The notes beneath the pieces were generated by a model, which had not been told where the DNA came from, made no database searches, and worked only from the letters and a program-made list of their open reading frames with translations. This document shows positions 19,868-29,429 of a stretch of 64,000 bases of DNA, one piece after another. Each line of letters starts with the position of its first letter. The first letter of the stretch is position 1. Made by a program: the position numbers and the translations under genes. This DNA comes from an uncultured Eubacteriales bacterium. Its GTDB lineage: Bacteria; Bacillota; Clostridia; Christensenellales; CAG-138. The stretch is from positions 20 to 64,019 of the forward strand of contig UQGA01000010.1 of the NCBI GenBank assembly GCA_900540495.1. The letters are read 5' to 3'.

Positions 19868-20029
19868 CGTTTGTTTCCTTCCTTTCTGACAATGCTGTGT
19901 GCTTGTGTGGGACGGCCCCGATGGATGGTCAGGCGGAGTGACCAGCAGTCGCTGGTGATCTGGACCACGCTGCTGTGTATCAAAAGCTCGTTTTCCAGAT
20001 ACCGTACGATCCGCCACGGCGGTTATGGC

Positions 20030-20230
20030 TCACTCTTTTCCCTGTTTGGACAAGCCCTCGCAGGGCTGCAGCAGGGTGACCTTCAGCTCGGTACCCATCT
20101 CCTGCTCCTCAGCAGAGATGGAAAAGGTGCTGGGATTACCGTATGCCTCCGCTTTGGCCACAATGGTCTCCTCTCCCTTTTGGTAAGTCACCCTCTCGCC
20201 GTCCAGCACATCATAAATCACCAGGAGCAC
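20030..20230 (-). CDS. hypothetical small protein
   Basis: 66-codon GTG-start ORF upstream of mscS with protein-like composition (VIYDVLDGERVTYQKGEETIVAKAEAYGNP). No SD and no recognisable family. Confidence 0.35.
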   Translation of the reverse strand: MLLVIYDVLDGERVTYQKGEETIVAKAEAYGNPSTFSISAEEQEMGTELKVTLLQPCEGLSKQGKE

Positions 20231-20418
20231 ATACCGCCGGGCATATCATTCATTTTTCCTAAACAATCTACTAATCCAACTTTCCTTTCGTTCCTCCTGC
20301 TCAGTGCCGCTCCCATCAGATAGCTGTTGTTTAATAGTTCCCGCGTGAAGAGCCTGGGCCGCTGCTGCTGTCTGCTGAGCGGCGGCCAGTGCGTCAGTTT
20401 TTATGCGTTCCGAATTGC

Positions 20419-21243
20419 TCAAGCGCCGCTCGAAGGATGGGACGAAGCGCGGGCGTGCGCCTCGGACACAACGGCCTGAATCGTCGCCATTTCCGGTATC
20501 GGCGGCCGGTCGGACGATTTTTGCAGGTACAGCAAAAATTCAATGTTGCCCTTTGGACCGGTAATGGGCGAATACGAAAGACCGCGTACGGCAAAGCCCA
20601 TCCCGTCGGCAAAGCGGATGATCCCGTCGCATACGTCTGCATGTACGGCTGGATCTCGCACGACCCCACGCTTTCCCACCTCCGCACGGCCCGCCTCAAA
20701 CTGCGGCTTGATGAGCGCGACCACCTCGCCCCCATCCGCCAGGCAGGGCCAGAGCGGCGGCAGAATGAGCCGCAAAGAGATAAACGAAACGTCAATGGAA
20801 GCAAATTTTGCCAACTGGGAAAACCAGTCCGGCATCATATATCGCGCATTTGTGCGTTCCATGACCGTCACGCGCGCATCCTCCCGCAGCTTCCAGTCAA
20901 GTTGCCCATAGCCGACGTCGATGGCGCAGACATGGCCGGCGCCATTCTGCAGCATGCAATCGGTAAATCCCCCGGTGGATGCGCCGATATCGAGAGCAAA
21001 CGCACCGGTCAGGTCGATCGGAAACACCTGCAGCGCCTTCTGGAGCTTGAGGCCGCCGCGACTGACGAACGGCATCGGGTCCTCCCGAACGTCGATCGTC
21101 GCGCCGTCCGAAACCGGCGCTCCCGCCTTATCCACCCGTCGACCGTCCACATACACCACGCCCGCCATGACGAGCGCGCGCGCCCGCTCCCGGGTCGGCG
21201 CAAGGCCGAGGCGAACCATAGCCAAATCAACCCGTTCGCTCAT
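20419..21243 (-). CDS. tlyA: TlyA-family rRNA 2'-O-methyltransferase
   Basis: S4 domain ERVDLAMVRLGLAPTRERARALVMAGVVYVDG plus the FtsJ-type SAM motif LDIGASTGGFTDC. Confidence 0.9.
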   Translation of the reverse strand: MSERVDLAMVRLGLAPTRERARALVMAGVVYVDGRRVDKAGAPVSDGATIDVREDPMPFVSRGGLKLQKALQVFPIDLTGAFALDIGASTGGFTDCMLQNGAGHVCAIDVGYGQLDWKLREDARVTVMERTNARYMMPDWFSQLAKFASIDVSFISLRLILPPLWPCLADGGEVVALIKPQFEAGRAEVGKRGVVRDPAVHADVCDGIIRFADGMGFAVRGLSYSPITGPKGNIEFLLYLQKSSDRPPIPEMATIQAVVSEAHARASSHPSSGA

Positions 21244-23054
21244 GCATCCTCCAAAATGGCGCGACGCAGCGCGTCCGCCGTCATGCCAAAACGCTCGCGC
21301 TGCTGAGAAATGGTTCCCTGCATCACCGGTTGATTCTCCACGCCAAACACGCGCACCGGCAGCGGGGATAGTGCCGCCTTCATCCTGATGCCGAAACTGG
21401 CAATACCATCCTCCAGCACAAGAACACGCCGCGCGCCGGCGCGCAGCGTCTCAAGGGCAATGGCGTCCAGTTCGTGTAGAAACCTGGCGTTGAGAAGCCC
21501 TGCGCCCGTTTCCCGGGCAATGGGGAGCGCCAGTTCGACCATACATCCGGTCGCAACGACGGTGACCTCCGAGACCGGTAAAATCGTTTCCCACCGCCCG
21601 AATATGAGCGGCTCCGCGCCAACCGCCTCCATCAGGCTGCCGCGGTTATACCGAATGGCCGCCGGCTCATCGCGTTGAAGGGCCATATCCAGCATGTGTA
21701 CAAGCTCCTGATGAGTGGCCGGCGAATAAATTGCCATACCGGGCATGGCCGACAGGTATGCGATGTCATAGATGCCCTGATGTGTTTCTCCGTCCTCGCC
21801 CACAAGCCCCGCCCGGTCTACGGCCAGCACGACCGGCAGATGCTGCAGGCAGACGTCATGCAGCAGCTGGTCGTAAGCGCGCTGCAGGAAGGAGGAGTAG
21901 ACCGCCACGACGGGCCGAAGCCCTTCGGCCGCCATCCCGGCCGCCATCGTGACGGCGTGCTGCTCGGCAATGCCCACGTCAAAAAAACGGGCGGGCATGC
22001 GTTCCGCAAAGGCGGAGAGGCCTGTTCCGCTCGGCATGGCGGCGCACACCGCGACAACGCGCTCATCCTTTTCTGCGGCGCGCAGGAGCGCCTCCCCGAA
22101 CACTTCGGAGTTGCTACGGCGCGACGACTGCGCCGCCCGGGCGGGCGATATGCCGTGAAAGCGCTCCGGATCGCGCTCAGCAGGCGAATAGCCGCATCCC
22201 TTTTTGGTGATGGCATGGACCACGACCGGGCGGCGCAGCGCGCGCGCACGGCGCAGCACATGCACGAGTTCGCCGATGTCGTGCCCGTCTATCGGGCCGA
22301 GATAGGTGAAACCCATATCTTCAAACAACAGGTGCGGCAACAGGAAATTTTTCACCCGGTTCTTGAAATCTTCCATCCGATGGGAGAGCGCGCGGCCAAG
22401 CGGGCCCACGTCGAGCATCCTTGCAATCGCCCGTTTGAAGCGCAGATATCCCTGGCTAATGCGCATATTCGTAAGCGACCGGCGCAGCGATCCGACATTG
22501 GCCGAGATGGACATGCCGTTGTCGTTCAGTATGACGACGAGCGGCACCTCCGACGCCCCCGCGTCGTTGAGCGCCTCAAACGCCATGCCGCCCGTAAGCG
22601 CGCCATCGCCGATGAGCGCGACGGCGGTTCCCTCCTCGCCGCGAAGCTGCATGGCGCGCGCCATACCGAGCGCGGCGGAAATGGAGGTGCTTGCGTGGCC
22701 GGTGTCAAATGCGTCATGCGGGCTTTCCGCACGCTTCGGGAAACCGCTGATACCACCTTCGGTGCGCAGGGTGTCAAAGCGGGCATTGCGCCCGGTGAGC
22801 AGCTTATGCGCATATGCCTGGTGCCCGACGTCAAACACGAGCTTATCCTGTGGCGATGAAAACGCCCGGTGCATCGCAATGATGATTTCGACGGCGCCAA
22901 GGCTGGAGGCGAGATGCCCGCCATTCCTACCGACGACCTCAATCATGCGCGCGCGCAACTCGCCCGCCAGCGCGTCAAGCGAATCGTCCGGGAGGCGCAG
23001 GAAATCCTCTATGCTGTTGATCCCGCTGAGCAGCGGGTAGGCGTTCGTTTCCAT
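21240..23054 (-). CDS. dxs: 1-deoxy-D-xylulose-5-phosphate synthase
   Basis: GGHLASSLGAVE, DVGHQAYAHKLLTGR and GDGALTGGMAFEALN are TPP-binding motifs of Dxs. Confidence 0.95.
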   Translation of the reverse strand: METNAYPLLSGINSIEDFLRLPDDSLDALAGELRARMIEVVGRNGGHLASSLGAVEIIIAMHRAFSSPQDKLVFDVGHQAYAHKLLTGRNARFDTLRTEGGISGFPKRAESPHDAFDTGHASTSISAALGMARAMQLRGEEGTAVALIGDGALTGGMAFEALNDAGASEVPLVVILNDNGMSISANVGSLRRSLTNMRISQGYLRFKRAIARMLDVGPLGRALSHRMEDFKNRVKNFLLPHLLFEDMGFTYLGPIDGHDIGELVHVLRRARALRRPVVVHAITKKGCGYSPAERDPERFHGISPARAAQSSRRSNSEVFGEALLRAAEKDERVVAVCAAMPSGTGLSAFAERMPARFFDVGIAEQHAVTMAAGMAAEGLRPVVAVYSSFLQRAYDQLLHDVCLQHLPVVLAVDRAGLVGEDGETHQGIYDIAYLSAMPGMAIYSPATHQELVHMLDMALQRDEPAAIRYNRGSLMEAVGAEPLIFGRWETILPVSEVTVVATGCMVELALPIARETGAGLLNARFLHELDAIALETLRAGARRVLVLEDGIASFGIRMKAALSPLPVRVFGVENQPVMQGTISQQRERFGMTADALRRAILEDA

Positions 23055-23088
23055 AGCGTCAACGTCGGGGCCGGACCGCGCCGGTTTG

Positions 23089-23940
23089 TCACCGGCTGCG
23101 GGTAAGTGTCCGCCCGACGAGCTCCTTCAAAAAGTCATGGTCGCCCTCAATCTGATCGAGCGCCGTCACGGCCGAACGCGCGGCGATGGCCGCCTCCTCA
23201 CGAGCCGGTTCCAGGCCATAGAGCGTGACAAACGTCGCCTTTTCCGCCTGTGCGTCCTTGCCGATGCTCTTGCCGAGCAGCGCCGAATCGCCCGTCACAT
23301 CGAGAATATCGTCCGTAATCTGGAAAAGCAGGCCAAAATGCTCCGCAAACGAGGTGAGCGGCGCCAGATACCGGCCCGTCTCCGAGTTGCCGGCGGAGTA
23401 AGCGCCCGCCAGCACCGCGGCGCGAAACAGAGCGCCCGTCTTCTTGGCGTGCATGTCGAACAGGCTTTCCGCATCGTGCGTGCCGTTGATGTCGAGGCTC
23501 TGCCCGGAGACCATGTCCAGCGCCCCGCGCGACACGCACTGCATGACCTTTGCATTGCCGGTCTGCGAGAGCACATAGAAGGCAAGTGAAAGCAGCCCGT
23601 CGCCAGCGAGAATGGCGTTCCCTTCCCCAAACGCCCGATGCGAGCTGGGCTTGCCACGACGCATGTCATCATTGTCCATGGCGGGCAGATCGTCATGAAT
23701 GAGCGAATAGGTATGAATCATCTCCATCGCGCACGCAGCTTTGACCGCATCGGCGGCCGCCCCGCCGAGGAGTTCGCATACCGCAAGGCACAACACGGGC
23801 CGAAGCCGCTTGCCGCCGTCCAGCAGGCTATACGCCATGCTCTGGTAGAGCACCGGCGGCGCCTCCGCCTGCGAAAGCAGTACGTCGAGCATGCTGTCCG
23901 TCATGGCGGTGTAGTAGACCATCCGTTCGTCGAAGATCAT
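23089..23940 (-). CDS. ispA: (2E,6E)-farnesyl diphosphate synthase / polyprenyl synthetase
   Basis: First DDxxD region IHDDLPAMDNDDMRRG and second motif FQITDDILD. The start overlaps the xseB stop. Confidence 0.9.
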   Translation of the reverse strand: MIFDERMVYYTAMTDSMLDVLLSQAEAPPVLYQSMAYSLLDGGKRLRPVLCLAVCELLGGAAADAVKAACAMEMIHTYSLIHDDLPAMDNDDMRRGKPSSHRAFGEGNAILAGDGLLSLAFYVLSQTGNAKVMQCVSRGALDMVSGQSLDINGTHDAESLFDMHAKKTGALFRAAVLAGAYSAGNSETGRYLAPLTSFAEHFGLLFQITDDILDVTGDSALLGKSIGKDAQAEKATFVTLYGLEPAREEAAIAARSAVTALDQIEGDHDFLKELVGRTLTRSR

Positions 23941-24140
23941 GCCTCGCCCTCCTTCGGCAGGCGCAGCGTGGTCAACTTCTGCTCATACCCGTCGAGCATC
24001 GCCGCACAGGCGTCGTGCAGCCGCATGCCCTCCTCATAGAGCTTGATCATATCCTCCAGGCTGCCGCTGCCGGTTTCGAGAATCTTGACGATCTCCTCCA
24101 GCCGCTGAACGGCCTGTTCGTACGTCATGGACTGTTCCAT
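23937..24140 (-). CDS. xseB: exodeoxyribonuclease VII small subunit
   Basis: 67 aa; YEQAVQRLEEIVKILETGSGSLEDMIKLYEEGMRL is typical of XseB. Confidence 0.9.
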   Translation of the reverse strand: MEQSMTYEQAVQRLEEIVKILETGSGSLEDMIKLYEEGMRLHDACAAMLDGYEQKLTTLRLPKEGEA

Positions 24141-24143
24141 GGA

Positions 24144-25364
24144 TCAGGACTCCTTCCTGTAAATATCGGTCACGACGGCGGACAGTCCGCCGTCGCGCAA
24201 TCGAACGGAGATCGCCATCTCCGGCCGTATGTCGTCCACGGACAAAAGCACGCCGCCGTCCGCCGCGCGCACCACGGCGTATCCTCGGCCGAGCACCGCG
24301 TCCGGATCGAGCGAAGCGAGCTTGCCGCGCAGCGCGGCAAGTTGGTGACGGGCAGCCGAAAACCGCTGTTCCCCACAGTGTTGCAGCCGCTGGCGGGCTG
24401 CGTCGAGCGAGAAACGCGCATCAGCAAGCCGCCTCGCCGGCATTCCGAAGCCGGCCCCGTGCAACAACAGATCCAACCGGTCGCGCCGGCGGACAAGGCC
24501 GGCGCTCAGCGACATGCCAAGGCGCGAAAAGAGCGACGCCAGCGCTGCGGCACAGTCGTCATAGGCCGGGACCGCCAGCTCCGCTGCGGCAGACGGCGTC
24601 GGTGCGCGCAAATCCGCCACAAAATCCGCAATGGTGAAATCCGTCTCATGGCCCACGGCGCTGATGATCGGCAACTCGCTTTCATAGATCGCCTGGGCGA
24701 CAACCGGTTCGTTGAACGCCCAGAGATCTTCAATGCTGCCGCCGCCCCGGCCCACGATCAGCACATCCGCCACACGCTGCCGGTTCATCTCACGAATGCC
24801 GGCGGCGATCTCAAAAGCCGCCCCCTCGCCCTGTACCCTGACGGGACAGAGGCAAACGGGCATCTTGGGAAACCGTCGCCCGATGATCTGCATAACGTCC
24901 TGAATGGCCGCGCCCGTGCCGGAGGTCACCACACCCACGCACCGTGGCAGGTAGGGAATCGGCTTTTTGTGCGCGGGATCAAAATACCCCTGCTGCTCCA
25001 ACTGCTGCCGGAGCGCGGCAAAGCGAGCGTAAAGCGCGCCGGCGCCCTCCTGTTGCATCGACTGGACATAGAGCTGAAAGCTGCCGTCCCGCGCATACAG
25101 CGCCGCATAGCCGCAGATGCGCACCTGCATGCCGTCCTCCGGACGAAAGTCCAGCCGGAGCGCTTGGCCCTTAAACATGACGCAGCGCACAAGCGCGGAA
25201 GCATCCTTGAGCGAAAAATACAGATGTCCGGAGCTGTGGCGCTTAAATCCGCTGATCTCGCCGCGCACCTGAAGGCTGCGCAGATGCGGGTCCGCACCGA
25301 GCAGCGCGCCAACATAGGCGTTGAGTTCCGAGACCGAAAAAACCATCTCCGGCGTCTCGCTCAA
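24144..25364 (-). CDS. xseA: exodeoxyribonuclease VII large subunit
   Basis: OB-fold N-terminus VSELNAYVGALL...VRGEISGFKRHSSGHLYFSLKD, plus GRGGGSIEDLWAFNEP and ISAVGHETDFTIADFVAD. Confidence 0.9.
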   Translation of the reverse strand: MSETPEMVFSVSELNAYVGALLGADPHLRSLQVRGEISGFKRHSSGHLYFSLKDASALVRCVMFKGQALRLDFRPEDGMQVRICGYAALYARDGSFQLYVQSMQQEGAGALYARFAALRQQLEQQGYFDPAHKKPIPYLPRCVGVVTSGTGAAIQDVMQIIGRRFPKMPVCLCPVRVQGEGAAFEIAAGIREMNRQRVADVLIVGRGGGSIEDLWAFNEPVVAQAIYESELPIISAVGHETDFTIADFVADLRAPTPSAAAELAVPAYDDCAAALASLFSRLGMSLSAGLVRRRDRLDLLLHGAGFGMPARRLADARFSLDAARQRLQHCGEQRFSAARHQLAALRGKLASLDPDAVLGRGYAVVRAADGGVLLSVDDIRPEMAISVRLRDGGLSAVVTDIYRKES

Positions 25365-26320
25365 AGCAATTCACCTCCCCAGGCGTCTGACGCGAGCAGC
25401 GCCGTGCCCACGGCATTATCGCTGGAAAGCGCGCTCTCCCCAAAGGAAAGGCGCACGCGCCCCTGCAGGCGCGATGCAAGCAGTTCCCGCAGCAACACGC
25501 TCGATGCTACTCCCCCAGCGGCCAGTGCGTCCTTGCAACCGGTCTCCTGCGCGGCGGACAGGAGTATCCGGGAAAGTGTGCGCGCCAGAAAATCATAGAT
25601 GGCGTAGGCCACCTCCTCGGGCGGCGTACCGCCCCTGAGCAGGCGAAACGCCTGCGCCTCCGCGCCCGAAAATGAACAGTTCAGGGCGCGCACAGACGAA
25701 GGAATGCGAATCAAACGCTCCTGCGCGCGGCGGGCCAACGCTTCAAAACGTGCGCCACAGGGAAACGGCAACCCCATGGCGACGCCCACGCGGTCCACAA
25801 GCTGGCCTGCATGCAGGTCGCTGGAAGCGCCAAGCGGCGTCGCTTCTCCGAGACCGCCGGCCGCCGGCCGAACGAGGAGCAGATCAGTCGTACCGCCGGA
25901 AAGATGCAGCGCAAGGAAACAATCCGATAAAAGAAGCGCCTCGTTGCCAAGCAGCGCGGCGCGCAGATGGCCGGCCTGATGGTTGGTCACCATGAGCGGA
26001 ACGTCAAGCGCGCCCGCAACCGACCTCGCCGCAAGCTGGCCGGCGAGAAACACCGGCATGTAGGAGTCCGGCGCGGCAGTGGGCGAGACGCTTACCGCGA
26101 CCGCGCGCACAAGCCGCCTGTCGATATGGGAAAACAGCGCATCGAGCAGCGGCGGCAGGTTGCGGTTGTGCTGGAACAGCGCGTCGCTCTGCCGCAAGCC
26201 GCGCCCGCCGTGCGGCACGTCGAGCACCTTCCGCTCGTCCACCACAACGCCATCCCTGCCGGCACAGGCAACGGAGGTGGTATAGCAGCTTGTATCAAAG
26301 CCGAGGCAATACCCGCTCAT
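25361..26320 (-). CDS. Kae1/TsaD-like (peptidase M22 / ASKHA fold) protein
   Basis: ORF 25361..26527 trimmed to ATG 26320, which overlaps the nusB stop. LGFDTSCYTTS and NHQAGHL resemble the TsaD ETSCDET and HHxxGH motifs. Confidence 0.7.
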   Translation of the reverse strand: MSGYCLGFDTSCYTTSVACAGRDGVVVDERKVLDVPHGGRGLRQSDALFQHNRNLPPLLDALFSHIDRRLVRAVAVSVSPTAAPDSYMPVFLAGQLAARSVAGALDVPLMVTNHQAGHLRAALLGNEALLLSDCFLALHLSGGTTDLLLVRPAAGGLGEATPLGASSDLHAGQLVDRVGVAMGLPFPCGARFEALARRAQERLIRIPSSVRALNCSFSGAEAQAFRLLRGGTPPEEVAYAIYDFLARTLSRILLSAAQETGCKDALAAGGVASSVLLRELLASRLQGRVRLSFGESALSSDNAVGTALLASDAWGGELL

Positions 26321-26736
26321 TCGACAGGCGTGGCGCAATGTTCCCGGGCGACGACGCCAAGGATGCCGTTGATAAAGGCGAAAGACTTTTCGCCGCCAAA
26401 CCGTTTGGCCAGTTCGACCGCCTCGTTGATCGCCGCGCCGCAGGGCACGTCGTCCCGATACAGCATCTCGTATATTGCCACCCGAAGGATGGACAGATCG
26501 ACCCGGGCTATCCGGTCGATCGTCCAATCAATCGCGTGAGAAGCGACGATAGCATCCAGCTCGCCGGCATGCGCCTCCACGCCACGGGCGAGCTCCTCCG
26601 CAAAGGCGGCATCCTTCTCGTCGAGCGGTTCGGCTACGCCGGACTTTTCCAGTACGGCGGCGGGCGTATCCTCCCCGCCCAACAGGCGGGAATAGGTGAG
26701 CTTCATTGCGACCTCACGGGCCAGGGATCTGCTCAT
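26317..26736 (-). CDS. nusB: transcription antitermination factor NusB
   Basis: SRSLAREVAMKLTY...RVDLSILRVAIYEMLYRDDVPCGAAINEAVELAKRFG is the NusB signature. Confidence 0.9.
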   Translation of the reverse strand: MSRSLAREVAMKLTYSRLLGGEDTPAAVLEKSGVAEPLDEKDAAFAEELARGVEAHAGELDAIVASHAIDWTIDRIARVDLSILRVAIYEMLYRDDVPCGAAINEAVELAKRFGGEKSFAFINGILGVVAREHCATPVE

Positions 26737-26972
26737 GCGTTGTGTTCCTTACTGAATATCCTGTTGATCATGCGACGAGCCAGGTCCTTCATACGGCCAG
26801 ACCCGCGCTTGTCCAGTTCCCGGCCGAGGACGAACCCGCAACCGACGGTCAAACACAGCAGCAGCGTGCGCCAAAAGCCGATCGTCAGCAGCAGGATGCC
26901 GCACAACAGCCCGGCTGCAGTGCAGAGCACCGACCATTTATGCCCCATGACAAACTCCCGCAGCTCGCGCAT
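26733..26972 (-). CDS. DUF2273-type small integral membrane protein
   Basis: 79 aa with two TM segments. It sits downstream of asp23-amaP, the usual trio arrangement. Confidence 0.7.
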   Translation of the reverse strand: MRELREFVMGHKWSVLCTAAGLLCGILLLTIGFWRTLLLCLTVGCGFVLGRELDKRGSGRMKDLARRMINRIFSKEHNA

Positions 26973-26981
26973 ATCGGCTCC

Positions 26982-27551
26982 TTACTCCACGCGGGAAACC
27001 CCGCCGGCAGGCACGGCATTCATGCTCTCCACAAGGATATCGGCGCTGTGTACATGCACGCCCGTAAGACTCTCGATGTATGTTTTCAGGCTCTCCTGCA
27101 GTTCCTGCGTGAGCTTGACGGCATCGGTGTCCGGCAACACATGCAGGCGGACGCCGATGGATATGCCGTCCTCCGCGACGCGCACGTTTGTAAAGCAGTC
27201 CCGCACGCGCGCCTGTGCGCGGCAGTGGCGCTGTACCATGCTGTCGATGGCGGGCAGCGTAATGAACGCACCGCCGATCTCGCTCTGGCGGATCAGCGCC
27301 GTCGTGGGTTGGATGGGCGTTTTTGCACTGCGGCCGGCGAACAGCAACTTAATCGAAATGGCAAGCAGCAACAGGCCGACGCCGGCAAGAATCAGCGCGT
27401 TCTCCCACGCATAGTAGAACAGCGAAATCAGCCCGGTGACCATCTCCTCCGTGATGAGGTTGGCCGCCATGCCGAAGAGCACAAAAGAAAATACGATGAC
27501 GATGATCAGCAGCAGCGCAAGCAGCACGCGATCAAATATACTGAGCTTCAT
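26982..27551 (-). CDS. amaP: alkaline shock response membrane anchor protein AmaP
   Basis: N-terminal double TM (MKLSIFDRVLLALLLIIVIVFSFVLFGMAANL) plus an Asp23-like C-terminal part, located next to asp23. Confidence 0.75.
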   Translation of the reverse strand: MKLSIFDRVLLALLLIIVIVFSFVLFGMAANLITEEMVTGLISLFYYAWENALILAGVGLLLLAISIKLLFAGRSAKTPIQPTTALIRQSEIGGAFITLPAIDSMVQRHCRAQARVRDCFTNVRVAEDGISIGVRLHVLPDTDAVKLTQELQESLKTYIESLTGVHVHSADILVESMNAVPAGGVSRVE

Positions 27552-27647
27552 GCGGTGGTTTCCCCTTTCCTTTACATCTTCCGTAAACGAGGCGAGGCGT
27601 ATGCGCTACACCCCGCCCTGCACATCATTCATCAGGAGACACGCATG

Positions 27648-28106
27648 TTATTTGACGCGCGGCGGCTCCGGCAGCTTTTCCTCCTTGGGCGGCTTCTCCT
27701 TCTTTTCCTTCTTCTCCTTCTCGGGTTCGGCCGGCTTTTCAAACACGACGGACTGCACGTACACGTTGACCTCCACCACGCGCAGGCCCGTCATGGTTTC
27801 GATGGCGTTCTTGATCGCGTTCTGGAGGTTCTGGCACACGTCCTGAATGGCAAAGCCGTAGCGCACATTGATGGAAATGTCCACGGCGGCTTCTTCGCTG
27901 CCGACCTCGACCTTGACGCCCTTGGTCAGATTCTTCTTGCCGAGCATCTCCGTGATGCCCTCGACCACGCCGCCGCTCATGCCGGCAACGCCCGCCACAT
28001 CAGCCGCAGCCAGCGCCGCGATGGTTGCTATGACGTCATCTGCAAATATAATCTTACCGCTGTCGGCGTTTTTGACTTCGAGTCCAGTTTCTACGCTATC
28101 CGCCAT
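27648..28106 (-). CDS. Asp23/Gls24-family envelope stress protein
   Basis: GKIIFADDVIATIAALAAADVAGVAGMSGG and VEVNVYVQSV are Asp23-family motifs. The C-terminal tail is Lys/Glu-rich. Confidence 0.85.
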   Translation of the reverse strand: MADSVETGLEVKNADSGKIIFADDVIATIAALAAADVAGVAGMSGGVVEGITEMLGKKNLTKGVKVEVGSEEAAVDISINVRYGFAIQDVCQNLQNAIKNAIETMTGLRVVEVNVYVQSVVFEKPAEPEKEKKEKKEKPPKEEKLPEPPRVK

Positions 28107-28198
28107 ACTATCAGCCTCCTTCGATATTTGTATTCATTATATCAGTAAATCGGAGCGATGTAAAGCAAATACCGCATGAATCGGCGTTCGGCAAGCCT

Positions 28199-28732
28199 CT
28201 ACGCCGTCGTGACCTTGACGTTTTCCGCCGGTTCCCCCGTCTCGCGCATCACGATGTCGAGCACCTGCGCAACCTGTTCGTCTGTAAGAGACTCCGCCGA
28301 CAGGATGACGTTAACAGAACCGGCATGCAGCGTCACGGCCGCATCCGCAAATCCCTTGGCCTTGAGCAGGCTCTCCACAGTCAGCTCTTTCTCCATGTTG
28401 GTGACAATATCCAGCTTTTGCTGCTGTGCGTCGGAGAGCGTCTCCTGGTCGGCGCCCTGTTCGATGATCGCGTCAAGGTAATCGATCTCCTTTTCGCGCG
28501 TCGTGTCCCGATCTGCCCGGAAAGCCGCAAAGAAATTCTGCGTGCCGCTGGCGCCGGTGGACACCACATCCTCCCCACCCTGCTCGGAGGGCGGCTGTTC
28601 CCCTGCCTGCCCGTCGGCGCTGTTGCCGATGATGATATTGGCCACGACCGCTCCGCACAGCAACAGTGCGACCCCGAACAACGTCCACACCTTTTTGTTC
28701 CACCGGATATGGAACCCACTCCACTTTTTCAT
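28199..28732 (-). CDS. spoIIIAH: stage III sporulation protein AH
   Basis: N-terminal TM, then FFAAFRADRDTTREKEIDYL...ESLLKAKGFADAAVTLHAGSVNVIL (YscJ/FliF-like RBM). It is the last gene of the spoIIIA operon. Confidence 0.8.
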   Translation of the reverse strand: MKKWSGFHIRWNKKVWTLFGVALLLCGAVVANIIIGNSADGQAGEQPPSEQGGEDVVSTGASGTQNFFAAFRADRDTTREKEIDYLDAIIEQGADQETLSDAQQQKLDIVTNMEKELTVESLLKAKGFADAAVTLHAGSVNVILSAESLTDEQVAQVLDIVMRETGEPAENVKVTTA

Positions 28733-28744
28733 AGCTACCCCTCC

Positions 28745-29365
28745 TTACTGATTTGGCTGCGCGCTCCGCTCAAATACTTCGATCTTTGAAAGCGGGATGT
28801 CGAGCACGGCGCGCACGGCGCGCTGCAGGTCGAGCTTCACCGTAACGTCCGCGGCGCCCTCTGCCACGACAATGACGCCGCGCACCACCGGTTCAATCTC
28901 CTTGAGCACGATGGGCTCGTTTCCGTCGCTTCCGGAGACGGTGGCCGGCTGCGTGCTTTCGGTTGACTGTTGCGACGAGCTGCTGCGCCCGTCTTCGCTC
29001 GATTCCGAGCCGGTGCTGTTGACATTGGTGGTCATGGCTGGCACAATCTCCGGTCCCGTGTCGTATGTGATCATCACATCCACCCGGCCGGCGCCGCGGA
29101 TACAGGAGAGCACCTCCTGCAGCCGGGTCTCCAGATCATCCGTTGTCAGCGACGCCTGCACCTGCACCGTCTGCTGCCCGGTCTGCGTCTTTCCTTCCGT
29201 GCCAACGCTTGTGCCGGCGAAATACAGCGCGACAACCAGCACCGCAACGCCGCCATAGACCGCCAACTCCACCCTGCGATCCGCACGCATCCGCCTCAAA
29301 AGCCGCTGCCAAAGGCCGGCCCCATCCGCCGGGCGCGTTGCGCCCACGCCTGCTTCCCGATCCAT
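28745..29365 (-). CDS. spoIIIAG: stage III sporulation protein AG
   Basis: TM plus GRVDVMITYDTGPEIVPA...VRGVIVVAEGA. The position within the operon fits. Confidence 0.8.
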   Translation of the reverse strand: MDREAGVGATRPADGAGLWQRLLRRMRADRRVELAVYGGVAVLVVALYFAGTSVGTEGKTQTGQQTVQVQASLTTDDLETRLQEVLSCIRGAGRVDVMITYDTGPEIVPAMTTNVNSTGSESSEDGRSSSSQQSTESTQPATVSGSDGNEPIVLKEIEPVVRGVIVVAEGAADVTVKLDLQRAVRAVLDIPLSKIEVFERSAQPNQ

Positions 29366-29429
29366 AGGTATCCTTTCCGTCCCGGCCGGTCAAGCCGATA
29401 CGGCCCCGGCGGGACCTGTCTTTCAAAAT

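Noticed and set aside
24015-25598. Very long plus-strand ORF (527 aa). Similar cases are 40916..42817 (633 aa), 46279..47937 (552 aa), 8090..9403 (437 aa), 51169..52440, 10765..11946, 44045..45106 and 37550..38524.
   Set aside because: Each lies antisense to a gene with unmistakable family motifs (xseA, gap, EEP protein, dacB-like, pfp, deoB, fba, xth). Each is Arg/Ala/Gly/Pro-rich with no RBS. These are typical shadow ORFs of high-GC DNA.
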